A stretch of DNA of 64,000 nucleotides from Octopus sinensis. Its lineage: Eukaryota. Below the pieces are notes generated by a model. The model was not told where the DNA came from and did not search any database. It worked only from the letters and a program-made list of their open reading frames with translations. Position numbers and translations under genes: made by a program. The stretch covers positions 195,610,001 to 195,674,000 of the forward strand of contig NC_042997.1 of the NCBI RefSeq assembly GCF_006345805.1, in the 5' to 3' direction. Numbering within the stretch: the stretch's first letter is position 1; the number at the start of each line of letters is the position of its first letter. Of this stretch, positions 26,805 to 39,368 are shown piece by piece.

Positions 26805-27347
26805 TATTACCCACAAGGGGCTAAACATAGAGGGGACAAACAGGGACAGTGCGTAACTGGTACTTAATTTATCGACCCGGAAAGGATGAAAGGCAAAGTC
26901 GACCTCGGCGGAATTCGACTCAGAACGTAAAGACAGACTAAATACCTATTTCTTTATTACCCATAAGGAGCTAAACACAGAGGGGACAAACAAGGACAGA
27001 CAAACGGATTAAGTCGATTACATCGACCCCAGTACGTAACTGGTACTTAATTTATCGACCCCGGAAGGATGAAAGGCAAAGTCGACCTTAGCGATTTGAA
27101 CCCAGAACGTAACGGCAGACGAAATACTTATTTCTTTACTACCCACAAGGGGCTAAACAAGGACAGACAAATGGATTAAGCCGATTGCATCGACGCCAGT
27201 ACGTATCTGGTACTTAATTTATCGACCCCGAAAGGATGAAAGGCAAAGTCGACCTCGGCGGAATTTGAACCCAGAACGTAACGGCAGACGAAATACGGCA
27301 ACGCATTTCGCCCGGCGTGCTAACGTCTCTGCCAGCTCGCCGCCTTC
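26805..27347 (-). mobile_element. SINE family B trimeric array with a single TSD
   Basis: One head plus three core/tail units; aagcgtttcttaatttat duplicated at ~26790 and ~27348. Confidence 0.88.
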
Positions 27348-27992
27348 AAGCGTTTCTTAATTTATATTTGAAAAAACAACAAAACCTCATAAGTGTTTAT
27401 GACAAAATATGCACGTTAGAAAAATTTTCACCTTAATTTATATTCCTGATTTAACAAATCGTTTATTAAATTTATTTTCGGTTATTACTATAGAAACTAG
27501 TTCTGCGACCATTGTATTCTATCGTCTTTAGAGACCACTCAAATGAGATTTCGTACTTGAGGTCGAGATACTATTTTCGTTCGTTGATCTTAATTCTAAT
27601 AACCTCAACGTCAGGCACATTAGGTGTATACATACATATATAGTTCTACATATTTTTCTAACCTTCAAAGACATGAACTTACACACATTAACGAACACTT
27701 ACAGCAATATACACCCCCTCCACATATATATATATATGTGTGTATATATATGTATATATATGTATATATATATATGTATTATATATATATATATATGTAT
27801 ATTATATATATATATGTATATATATATGTATATATATATATGTATATATATATATGTATATATGTATATATATATGTCTATATATATATGTATATATATA
27901 TATATGTATATATATATGTATATATATATAATATATATATGTATTATATATATAATAATATATATATATGTATATATATATATATGTATATA

Positions 27993-28474
27993 TTTCAACA
28001 ATTGAGGGTAAAATTATTAATTATTAATCAATTTCACCAAGTATTCAGTATGCAAAGGGACCGTTTAAGGCGAATTCAAATTATTACATTATATAAAGGG
28101 CTTAGTAAAATAAATACTTTGCCGCATACTGAACTCATTAGAATAGAACTTAGCTAAAAAACTTTTTAAAACTATTTCTAATACTTAAAGAAAACCTCTC
28201 TATATGTGTTTGCTCAATTCAACTCACGAAAGTATGGGGGTAAAGACATTAAAAAATTAAAAAATAACCTTTGCATTTGATTTTTAATGTCTTTACCCCC
28301 ATACTTTCGTGAGTTGAATTGAGCAAACACTATATGAGAGAGGTTTTCTTTAAGTATTAGAAATAGTTTTAAAAAAGTTTTTTTAGCTACTATTTCTAAT
28401 GAGTTCAGTATGCGGCAAAGTAATTATTTACTAAGCCCTTTTATATAATATATATGTATATATATATATATATA

Positions 28475-28515
<41 letters not shown>

Positions 28516-29108
28516 TATATATGTATATATATGTATTATATATGTTATATATGTATGTATATATTATATATGTATATATATATATGTATATATAATATAT
28601 ATATGTATATTATATATATATATTATATATATGTATATATATATATAATGTATATTTCAACAATTGAGGGTAAAATTAGTAATTATTAATCATTTCACCA
28701 AGTATTCAGTATGCAAAGGGACCGTTTAAGGCGAATTCAAATTATTACCATTATATAAAAGGGCTTAGTAAATAAATTACTTTGCCGCATACTGAACTCA
28801 TTAGAAATAGTAGCTAAAAAACTTTTTTAAAACTATTTCTAATACTTAAAGAAAACCTCTCTCATATAGTGTTTGCTCAATTCACTCACGAAAGTATGGG
28901 GGTAAAGACATTAAAAAATTAAAAAATAACCTTTTGCATTGATTTTTTATGTCTTTACCCCCATACTTTCGTGAGTTGAATTGAGCAACACTATATGAGA
29001 GAGGTTTTCTTTAAGTATTAGAAATAGTTTTAAAAAAGTTTTTTTAGCTACTATTCTAATGAGTTCAGTATGCGGCAAAGTAATTATTTTCTAAGCCCTT
29101 TTATATAA
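27993..29108. repeat. Two tandem copies of a ~455-bp unit, each containing a palindrome with ~170-bp arms
   Basis: Units 27993-28448 and 28634-29108; arms aagggcttagta...gtaaagacattaaaaaat / attttttaatgtctttac...ctaagccctt. Confidence 0.9.
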
Positions 29109-29650
29109 TATATATGTATATATAATAATATAACATATATATATTATATATATATATATATATATCTATATATATATATAGTATATATATAGTATATATA
29201 TATGTATATATGTATGTATATAGATAATATATATATATATATATTATATAATATATATATATTATATCTATAATATATATTCTATATTGTGTGGTGTTAA
29301 GGATGAAAAGGAACACAATATACAGAAATGTTCTTTATAAAATTATTTTAGCATTTTCTATCTTGACTTGTTTTTTCATATATATATTTACACATTTATA
29401 TGATTTTGCTTTTTTTTTCTATACGTACACAAGCGCAAGAACACATACATATACAATACACACGCACGCATGCAGACACACACACACATACACACACACA
29501 CATACATAGATTTATACATACATAAGGAAAGACAGACAGAAACACATATCTAACACGCGCACACACGCACACTCACTCACGCGTAGAATGGTAGCAGCAG
29601 CCGTGTTATACGGATACTGCAACAGAGCGGAGCAGCAGCAGCATCTGTAG

Positions 29651-29693
<43 letters not shown>

Positions 29694-29817
29694 AACAACA
29701 ACGAGTCAAAGAGGGAAGCATTTAAGTGACTTGCTAGAAATAGCAACTAAATCTTCCTAAATCAGGCGCTATCATATATAAGGAAATAATGCACATCCGA
29801 TAAGGTATGCCTACATA

Positions 29818-30046
29818 CCTATTTCTTTATTGCTCACAAGGGGCTAAACACAGAGGGGACAAACAAAGACAGACAAACGGATTAAGTCGATTATATCGAC
29901 CCCAGTGCGTAACTGGTACTTAATTTATCGACCCCGAAATGATGAAAGGCAAAGTCGACCTCGGCGGAATTTGAACTCAGAACGTAACGGCAGACCAAAT
30001 ACGGCTACGCATTTCGCCGGCGTGCTAACGTTTCTGCCAGCTCGCC
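29818..30046 (-). mobile_element. SINE family B with TSD
   Basis: gcctacatacc duplicated at ~29809 and ~30044. Confidence 0.88.
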
Positions 30047-30059
30047 TACATACCCTTAA

Positions 30060-30360
30060 GTGGAGGCACATGGCCTAGTGGTTAGAGCAGCGGATTCGCG
30101 GTCGAGGGATCGCGGGTTCGAATCTCAGACCGGGCGATGTGTGTGTTTATAAGCGAAACACCTAAGCTTCACGCGGCCCCGGCAGAAGGTAATGGCGAAC
30201 TTCTGCTGACTCTTTCGCCACAACTTTCTCTCACTCTTTCCTCCTGCATCTTGCAGCCCACCTGCGACGGACCAGTGTCCCGTCCAGGTGGAGAACCTAT
30301 ACGCCAAAGAAACCGGGAAACCGGCCCTTATGAGCCAGGCATGGCTCGAGAAGGAACAAA
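30060..30360 (+). mobile_element. SINE family C head with alternative tail
   Basis: Same tRNA-like head as 11922; different 3' half; catacc(c)ttaag on both flanks. Confidence 0.85.
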
Positions 30361-31067
30361 CATACCTTAAGATAACAAGATGCTTTTGATCACATATCTG
30401 TGTGATCACATTTGACAAGGTGTCCGAACAAAACACCATTAAAAGCAGCATCAACAGCTCTTTTTGTATAAATGTACACTAATCATATGTATATATATAG
30501 GCGCACTTGTGGGTTCCCAACCACATGATTCCGTAGCCCCCACTCGCCTCACGGCTTGACAACCGGTGTTGGTGGGTTTATGTCCTCGTAATGTAGAGGT
30601 TCAGCAAAAGCAACCGATGGAATAAGTACCAGGCTTTAAAAAAAGGAGTAAATGCTATAGTCGAGTCATTCGATGATAAATGCTTCTTCAAGGCAGTGCC
30701 CCAGCAAGGCCGCAGTTGAATGACTGCACAAGTGAAACATAAAAGAAAAAAGACGAAATATTTTTCTGTATTCAGTTGTATTTATCCTATTTGTTCCACC
30801 AAACACACACACACATATACACACACACACATATACACACATTATATGTATGTCTGTGTGTATGTGCGTGTGTGTCTGTGTGTGTAAGAAATGCCAGGAA
30901 GCATTCGTGGAATACTAAATAATTTAGTGTTTCGAAGTTGGTGTTTCCTGCTTCTTTGTTTCCTGACAAGTACGACTTAGCTTTTCTTCCTCTGTCTGAG
31001 GTGTAATGACAGAACTGTCGAGCATATGGTGTCTTCTATATCAGAACAACGTAGACTTGTCTCTATG

Positions 31068-31130
<63 letters not shown>

Positions 31131-31307
31131 AGCACACGCGCGCACACACACATATACAGAGACATACATATCCGTATACGTCTGCACAGTCACATACACA
31201 TATGTTGATATATATATAAATATATGTACACTCATACGTTATGTATATGTGTATGTATGGCTCTATCTATATATGTATATATGTTTGTCTGTATGTCTGT
31301 CTGTCAG

Positions 31308-31377
<70 letters not shown>

Positions 31378-31477
31378 AATCTACTTACATACCTACGTAT
31401 GTATGTATGTACGCTTGTATGTATATATGCATGCATGTATGTATGTATGTATATATGTATGTACGTACGTACGTACG

Positions 31478-31519
<42 letters not shown>

Positions 31520-31553
31520 CGTATATATGTATGCATATATGTATGCATGTATG

Positions 31554-31625
<72 letters not shown>

Positions 31626-31627
<2 letters not shown>

Positions 31628-32397
31628 ATATTATATTGAGGGTACTACTATACGTAGATACCAACACGCTAGAGGGACCAATGCGGTCAAAACTACTAGA
31701 AAACACAAATTTTACCGAATGCAAAACTTCAAAGCACATCATTTTAAAAAGAATTCAGTTACATATCACATGTGATTTCGCATTTAATGCAGGAATATGC
31801 ATTTCATGTTCATCAGTGCAACAAACTCAAGAAATATAAGAGAAAACATAACATTACAAACTCGATAGCCAACCATAGAATTCGTCGTAGCATGTACGAA
31901 TGTTTATCTTTACATATCTATGAAAATGGCGGGCTTATTCGCAATGCATTTCGGTAAAAAAAAATTGTCTAGTCGGAATCAAAATTCAGTATTGAACTAT
32001 TCCGGTGAAAAATATAAATTAACAATTGAGGATAAAATCTTTAAAAGAAATTATCAGTAGTCAGCGTGAAAAACCTCGTAAGAGAAAAAATCCGTAAATT
32101 CTTCCTCTTTGAAAATATTCATTTATTATATTGAGGGTACTACTATACGTATATACCAACACGCTAAGAGGGATCAATGCAGTCAAAACTACTAGAAATA
32201 CACAAAATTTTACCGAATGCAAAACTTCAAACACATCATTTTAAAAAGAATTCAGTTACATATCACATGTGATTTCGCATTAATGCAGAATATGCATTTC
32301 AGTTCATTAGTAAATATTTTATAATATTTTACTATAAAATCGATTTAATCCTAAATCTGATTTTTTCCCTGTAAATTTGGATTTATTCCCTAATATT
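31626..32397 (-). mobile_element. Small non-coding element with ~190-bp direct repeats, each carrying a hammerhead motif
   Basis: 31626-31817 repeated at 32124-32311; embedded between (TA)n tracts. Confidence 0.7.
31758..31822 (-). ncRNA. Type I hammerhead ribozyme fold
   Basis: GUUGCA-CUGAUGA-[A CAU GA AAUGCA UAUUCC UGCAUU AA AUG C]-GAAA-UCACAUGUGA-UA-UGUAAC: 6-bp stem I, palindromic stem III, A.C mismatch at base of stem II. Confidence 0.75.
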
Positions 32398-32444
32398 TAA
32401 TATATATATATATGATATATATATATATATATATATATATATCT

Positions 32445-32675
32445 TGTGTCACGTGATCATGTAACGACTAAGCTGCACACCGTTGGCCACAATGCGCTTT
32501 TGCATTGTTTTAGCCTTCAAATGACGCGTACCCCCATTGGCTAGGCATTCAGGCCAACATCCGCCCCACTCCCACTGATTGAAAGGTGCAATGGAGCAAC
32601 GTAAAATGAAGTGCTTTGTTGAAGAACACACCGCAAAACCTGGTGAGCCTAACCACTAGGCCACGGTCCTTCACA
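32445..32675 (-). mobile_element. Internally deleted tRNA-derived SINE (another family)
   Basis: Minus strand starts gtgaaggaccgtggcctagtggttagg, then gtgtgttcttcaacaaagcacttcattttacgttgctcca, similar to the family D body. Confidence 0.55.
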
Positions 32676-32933
32676 CACACACACACACACACACAAGGCA
32701 TCACGTTTTGGTAGGATACTGTCGGTGTGCAAGTACGAAATCCAATTTAAATCGTTGATCCGACTCTCTGTTCGATGGTTCGAATTGGATTGGCACTTGC
32801 ATATCTACAGTATCGTACCAACAGTCGATGCCTGCAATATTGTTTATTTCACTGTAAACTCTGTGTTATAGCACCTAGCCATTTCATGCGTCTTACGCGT
32901 TGATGCGCCTAGATTCTACTGAATCCTCATAAC

Positions 32934-32985
<52 letters not shown>

Positions 32986-33078
32986 TGTGTGTGTGTGTGT
33001 GTGTGGTGTGTGTATGTGTGTGTGTGTGTGCATGTGTGTCAGTGGAAAAATAGACTTTCTACAGGCATTCACTCACAA

Positions 33079-33109
<31 letters not shown>

Positions 33110-33204
33110 CATTTGGACGCGCACACCTGCTCACTTGCGTGTGCAAGTGTTCTGCGTGCCTCTATCTTTCTATCTGTCTATCTGTCGTGCTCACTCTATC
33201 TCTT

Positions 33205-33241
<37 letters not shown>

Positions 33242-33449
33242 TCTCTCTACACACACATATATATATATACATTATATATATCTATATATATCTATATATA
33301 CATATGCATGTATGTTATATTATATGTATGTATATATACATACATATGTATATAATATTATGTATACATACATATATATTTATAGCTATATGGATAGAGA
33401 GAGAGAGGCCGAGGAAGATAGAGAGTGTATGAAGAAGAGAGATAGAGAT

Positions 33450-33507
<58 letters not shown>

Positions 33508-33735
33508 CTTCGAAATAATTAACTAGTAAGTGAAAGTGACAGGGAGAGAAAGAGGAGAAAGTAAGAGCGAGAAATTGGAAGAGAGAGGGGGAGGTAGAGA
33601 GAGGGGGGGGAGAGACAAATTGGAGAAAGAGACATAAACCGAAAAACGAGAAATGAGTAGACACAAAGAAACCATTGCACACATTTGGTTCTCTCTCATA
33701 CACATACTCACACACACATACACACACATATATGT

Positions 33736-33835
33736 NNNNNNNNNNNNNNNNNNNNNNNNNNNNNNNNNNNNNNNNNNNNNNNNNNNNNNNNNNNNNNNNN
33801 NNNNNNNNNNNNNNNNNNNNNNNNNNNNNNNNNNN
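33736..33835. other. Assembly gap (100 N)
   Basis: Run of n between TA-rich microsatellites. Confidence 1.
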
Positions 33836-33859
33836 TATATATATATTTATATATATATA

Positions 33860-33915
<56 letters not shown>

Positions 33916-34024
33916 CTATATATATATTTTATAATATATATATTTATATATATATATATATATATATATTTATTGATATATATATATAATATATATATAT
34001 ATACATATATAATTATATACATAT

Positions 34025-34384
34025 ATATATATATTAAACGGCAAATGTCTGTCTGTGTGTGTGCACTTTATACAAATCCACAATTTTTCAGTTAGAGGCT
34101 TGCACTTTCTAAGGTCATTCAAAACCGTCCAAGGGTGATCGTGCACATCTTTACATTTCACCAGTCACCCCGCAAAGCCATTAAAAAATCAATAGAAGTG
34201 ACTTTGTTGTGAATTTTCTATCCAAAACCCAATCAAAATGTCCGAAACTTGATACGCCAATTGAATGCCAGCAAGCTGTATGGGATTGGTCGAAGATTTG
34301 GACAGTACTCGCGTGTATGTGCGCACGCAGCTGTATATGCATGCACTAGCACTATGACCCGGCGTTGCCGGGTCATAGTGCTAG
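34025..34384 (+). mobile_element. Non-autonomous Helitron-like element
   Basis: 3' GC-rich hairpin gacccggc-gtt-gccgggtc followed by CTAG|T; 5' end lost in (TA)n. Confidence 0.7.
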
Positions 34385-35116
34385 TATATATATATAGATA
34401 GATATATATAAGGATAAGATCCTTATTTTAAGCAACGATCAAATCAAGGCTGCACTGGAAGAAAGTACCTTATAGGTTATCTAAGACATACAACCATGTT
34501 TGAAATAGTTAAAACCTGTCTCTAAAACCACATGTTATATTTAATACAACACAAGGTGAAAAGACAAATCGACAAATAAACTAGTGAAAACTGGATAATT
34601 CCAGAGCCTGGGTTTTTGGCTCTTTATAAAAATACTGTGCCACCAAGAATTGTACATAAGTGTATATATATATATATACTATATATATACAGAAACAGAT
34701 AAATACTTGCGTATACGCACGGGCATATACATATATATGCACGTATATACACGACCAGTTCAGTTATCCGTCCCCAAACACCATGTGCTATAAGGTCTAA
34801 ACACCACCGCAGAGTAAATATAATGGCGAAGTGAGAGCCAGAAACCCAAGGTCTGGAATTACACACACACACACACAACACACACAATCACATACACACA
34901 CATAAATTACACATACGCATACACACACTTTTTCATGGATATATATGAGCCGTGTATTGTTTTTAATGTCACCGTAGCATATTTCTTTTTGTCGCCATTT
35001 GACTCACTGCGGATTCCAGCAGCTCTTTTTCCTGAATCTCTGAATGAGAAAAGCCAAGTGCCAAATGGAATTACGGGAAATGATAGAACATCGTATAATC
35101 TTCTTTTATTTTAAAA

Positions 35117-35411
35117 CTAGCATTATCGCCCGGTGTTGCTCGGGTTTGTAATGGAAATAACTATATAAACGTTTTTAATGAGTTACTTCCCTTATATAAA
35201 ACCGAGCGAAAAATGGATTAAAATTGGGGAAAAATGATGGTAAATTTTTTTTTAAATCGTAGACTCATGCTAATACCCAGAAGGGCTCGATAGGAATCAC
35301 GACTATAAGAAACCCGCTTTTGGTTAAACTGCACCGCAAAATGTGGGAGTAGTTAGGAATCTAAATCGGAGTAGACAGACACACACACAACTACAGTTTT
35401 ATATATAAAGA
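35117..35411 (-). mobile_element. Non-autonomous Helitron-like element
   Basis: Minus strand reads A|TCtttatatataaaa ... cccgagcaacaccggg hairpin ... CTAG|T. Confidence 0.75.
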
Positions 35412-35712
35412 TGTACGAACAGAGCTGAAGGAACTCGTATTTGTAGTCGTTAAGTTTAACGTGTGGGAGATATACAACTTTGAGAGAATTCTCTGATAGA
35501 ATCTAGGGAAATAAAGAATTTTTAAAATTTAAGGGAATTTGGATTTTCTGCAGGAATCACACGCGGGATTGTATTGTAGTAATTAATATAATTGGAAGTG
35601 CCTATTCTTAATGCACTCTCTATCAAAATAGGCCTTGGTGCTCATGAACATTATCGCGGTGGTCGTCGCCGTGTTCTTCATTATCATCAACAGTTAAAAT
35701 AATAACAATCAT

Positions 35713-35746
<34 letters not shown>

Positions 35747-35760
35747 TCATCAGCAGCAAG

Positions 35761-36125
35761 TGAAGGCGCAATGGCCCAATGGTTAGGGCAGCCGACTCGC
35801 GGTCGGAGGATCGCGGTTTCGATTCCCAGACCGGGCGTTGTGTGTGTTTATTGAGCGAAAACACATAAAGCTCCACCAGGCTCCGGCAAGGCGCGGTGGC
35901 GACCCCCTGTTGTACTCTTTCGCTTCAATTTTCTCTCACTCTTTCTTCCTGTTTCTTGTCCCCGACTTTCTACGCAACCGCTGACCCTGGATGCGCATTC
36001 ATCCATCCGTCGATGCTCTCGGTGTCGGGGGTTGATCTGCTTTCTCTTCTGCGGGTCTTACGAATAGCAAAGGACCATGTTTCGGACTTCTCCCAAGAGG
36101 ACGAAGACCGCTTCGCTCAACAAAC
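35761..36125 (+). mobile_element. SINE family C head with a third tail type
   Basis: Shared head and body to ...ctttcttcctgtttct, then a distinct 3' half ending in (caaa)n. Confidence 0.85.
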
Positions 36126-36165
36126 AAACAAACAAACAAAGCAGCAGCAACAACAACAACAACAA

Positions 36166-37050
36166 TAAATGCCCTGATGCAGTACCAGGCACTGGCTCAC
36201 ATGGCTTCTGATCTTAACTGATTGGAAGTGTTATCATGTACATTGTTTTGTCTTGGTATAAAAGATGGACTACAGCAAATATTTCTGCTCAGTACCACAG
36301 ATTTACTTGTCAGTTGTTTGACCTTAACCAGTTGAGCATGTCCCTTAGTGGCTGACGATATGTGCATCTCTGATCACGAACAGAAGTAGTTGGGGAGCAT
36401 CATAGCCATGTGTTGAGAGGAATTCTTTGGGGTTTGAATAATTCACCTCTGGAAACATGGGTGTTTCGTTCAACATCTTTAAACAGCCCTTATTCAGGGA
36501 CCTTTTGAGCGGGATGGGGTACTCGACCAGAAGAAAATTTCTAACTGGGCCCCACCAGCAAGGTCATGTGCTGTTTATCTTGATATGAGATCACCATGTC
36601 GCGCACATATGGTTGTGATGTATGTGTCTGGTGTACCCTTATAAGATGGGTAGTCATGATGGGTATACTGGGCTTCGTATATTTTAACCCCCCTCCTCCT
36701 CCTCCACGCCACCAGATCGATCTAGGCAACAACTTTCCCGAGGTTTTGAATTAAGTAGTAGGAATTTTAGTAATTGTTTCAACTGATCCTTCTTCCAAAA
36801 GACGGGTCTCCCTTTACCGCGGTATCCCTCTACATGTTGGCCATACAAAATAATTTTCGGAATTAGATCATCTTGCAATAAAACGGCATATCCTGCTCCT
36901 CCGCATTGAATTCTCAACAATACGCTTTCGATACTAGAAATAGAATATTTTTTTTAAAAATCTTGATTCTTGATATTTTATCTTGCCATGTTATGTTGCA
37001 GATATTGCACATGTGAAAGGTTTCTTTCAAGTTTTTTTATATGTCAGTTG
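36166..37050 (-). mobile_element. Decayed RTE-like LINE 3' fragment plus adjoining ~520-bp repeat
   Basis: ORF 36684-36920 DDLIPKIILYG...GYRGKGRP..WKKDQLK resembles the RTE C-terminal R.PK..LYG....G.R..GRP...W.D motif. Confidence 0.6.
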
Positions 37051-37176
37051 TGCTCAAAAACTGTGCTCAAAATAAAGATTAATATAAACTTATTTTATAG
37101 TTCTATATTTAAGAGATGAGGAATTATTTACATTATTTACATTCGACGGATATTTGTCCTAATCTTGTTTGTTGTT

Positions 37177-37222
37177 AATACAACGTTTCGGCTGATATAC
37201 CCTCCAGCCTTCATCAGGTGTG
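37177..37222 (-). ncRNA. Minimal hammerhead ribozyme fold (left arm)
   Basis: CUGAUGA-A-GGCUG..CAGCC-GAAA-CG-UU, palindromic AACGUU; stem I weakened by two mismatches. Confidence 0.65.
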
Positions 37223-37270
37223 TTGGGGAAATTTCGAACTGGGTTCTCATTCCTAAGGTATTTTTCGATG

Positions 37271-37326
<56 letters not shown>

Positions 37327-37329
37327 TTA

Positions 37330-37361
<32 letters not shown>

Positions 37362-37363
<2 letters not shown>

Positions 37364-39120
37364 TAGTTTTATTTTTATAGCGTGCTTTCACTTCACTACC
37401 GAGCACAGCTCTGTGTGCCTTAGGTATGTGCTGTGATTTGTTGTGATGCTCTGATGGTTATTGTATGGAAAGTGTTCTGCGTAGGATGTGTGCAGTGCCT
37501 AGTAGTGCAATTTTCTGTATGTTATATGTGTTTGTAAGTCCTGGTATTTTTGTTATGTATTTGTCTGAATATTTTTTTATCATGCCTAATGCACCTACTA
37601 TGATAGGAATTGTTTCTGTTTTCAGATTCCACATTCTAGTTACCTCTATTTCCAGGTCTTTGTATTTTGAGAGTTTCTCCATTTCTTTTAGAGACACGTT
37701 GTCATCAGCTGGTATTGATACATCAATTAGAAAGCATTTTTTTCTTCATGATCTCTGACAACTATATCTGGTCTGTTGGCCTTAATTTCTCTATCTGTGT
37801 GTATCGGCATATCCCAGAGTATGGTTGCTTTCTCGTTTTCTGTGACCTTTTCTGGTGTGTGCCTATACCATCTTTTTTTCTGTTGTTATTCCATAATGTT
37901 GGCATAGCTTCCAATGTATGTAGGTTCCAACTCTGTCATGTCTGTGAATATATTCTTCTTAGTCAGGATGGGCAGCTAGAGATAATATGATATTGTTCTT
38001 GTCCATCTCCACATATTCTGCAGTTACTTGTTATATTTCTTTTCATTACATGTTTTTGGTAATTTCTGGTGGGGAGGCTTTGGTCTTGTGCTGCAATTAA
38101 AAATCCCTCTGTTTCTGCTTTGAGTCCTGAGCTTCTCAACCATTGCTGGGATTTTCTTTGTCTATTTCTTTTGCGTTTAGTTTAGTCCAGTATTTACCAT
38201 GAAGGGGCTTTTCTTGCCATCGTTTTATCATGGTTCGTTGCTGTTCTATTTTTAGTTGGATTTCATTGTTTTATAGCTTTTGTTGTTTCTTCATCTTCTT
38301 CTTCTTCTTCTTCATGTTTATTAGGTGGTATGATTTCTTGTTTGTATTTGTCAGCTTCCTTAAATACTGAGAACAGTTTTTGTTTTGCTCGTGTTTTGCC
38401 GCTATCTGGATCAGTTTTCCTTCCTTCTGATGTAGATATTTTTGCAGTCCTATGGTGGTTATTTTATAGTAGTTTTCCAGCTGTATAAGGCCTCTACCAC
38501 CTTCTATACGTTGTATAATAGTCTTTCTATGTCAGATTTTGGGTGATGTATCCTAGATCCTGTCATTATTTTTCTTGTTTTCCTATCTATTTTGGTCAGT
38601 TCATTTCGTGTCCAGTTAAGGATATTGTAGCTGTAACTTATAACTGGGACAGCTAAAGTGTTGATACCTATTATCTTGTTTTTAGCATTGAGCTCTGTGT
38701 TTAGTATTGATCTAACTCGTCTATATAATATTCTTTTTTTATTTTCTCTTTCATTTGTGTGTGTTGTGTCTTATCTAGTTCATGGATTCCTAAGTATTTG
38801 TAAGTTTGGCTTTGGTCTAATTCTTTTATTTCATTGGTTTTATCTAGTGTGATGTTGTTACTCTTAACTAGTTTTCCTCTTTTCATGGTTACTTTGGCGC
38901 ATTTTTCTAATCCAAATTTCATATCTATTTCTTTGGTAAATCCATGAACTGTCTTTAATAGTGTTTCCAGCTGTTGTCATTTGCAGCGTATAGTTTTAGG
39001 TCATCCATATATAAAAGGTGGCTGATCGTTTTGCCGTAACATTTATATCCGCATCCAGTTCTATTTAGCATATCAGATAGAGGTGACAGTGCCAATCAGA
39101 AAAGGAGTGGAGAGAGCGTG
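37362..39120 (-). mobile_element. 5'-truncated, frameshifted R4/Dong-clade LINE
   Basis: Minus strand ISHLLYMDDLKLY (RT catalytic), MKFGLEKCA, YKYLG, EKLSKYKDLEIE...PIIVGALG; (TAA)n at both ends. Confidence 0.92.
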
Positions 39121-39140
39121 TTATATTATTATTATTATTA

Positions 39141-39182
<42 letters not shown>

Positions 39183-39322
39183 CATTATTGTTCAGGTCAC
39201 TGCTTGGAATGGAACTCGGAATCTTGGGGTTAGTAGGCTGTGCCTTTAACCACTACGCCATATGCCCACGGGGATATGGCGTAGTGTTTAAGAATGAGAA
39301 CCCAGGTTCGAAATGTCCCCAA

Positions 39323-39368
39323 GACACCTGAAGAAGGCTGGAGGGTATATCAGCCGAAATGTTGTGTT
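39323..39368 (+). ncRNA. Minimal hammerhead ribozyme fold (right arm)
   Basis: GACAC-CUGAAGA-A-GGCUG..CAGCC-GAAA-UG-UU-GUGUU; stem I intact, one C>T change in stem III. Confidence 0.65.

Noticed and set aside
28015-28150. Hammerhead with very long stem II on the minus strand (CUAAUGA...GAAA)
   Set aside because: G5 is absent in all arms, extra bases precede GAAA, and there is no convincing stem I
39195-39270. Functional tRNA gene (also the SINE heads at 11922, 30060, 35761)
   Set aside because: Only A/B-box-like similarity; no convincing cloverleaf or acceptor stem, and each is embedded in a repeat
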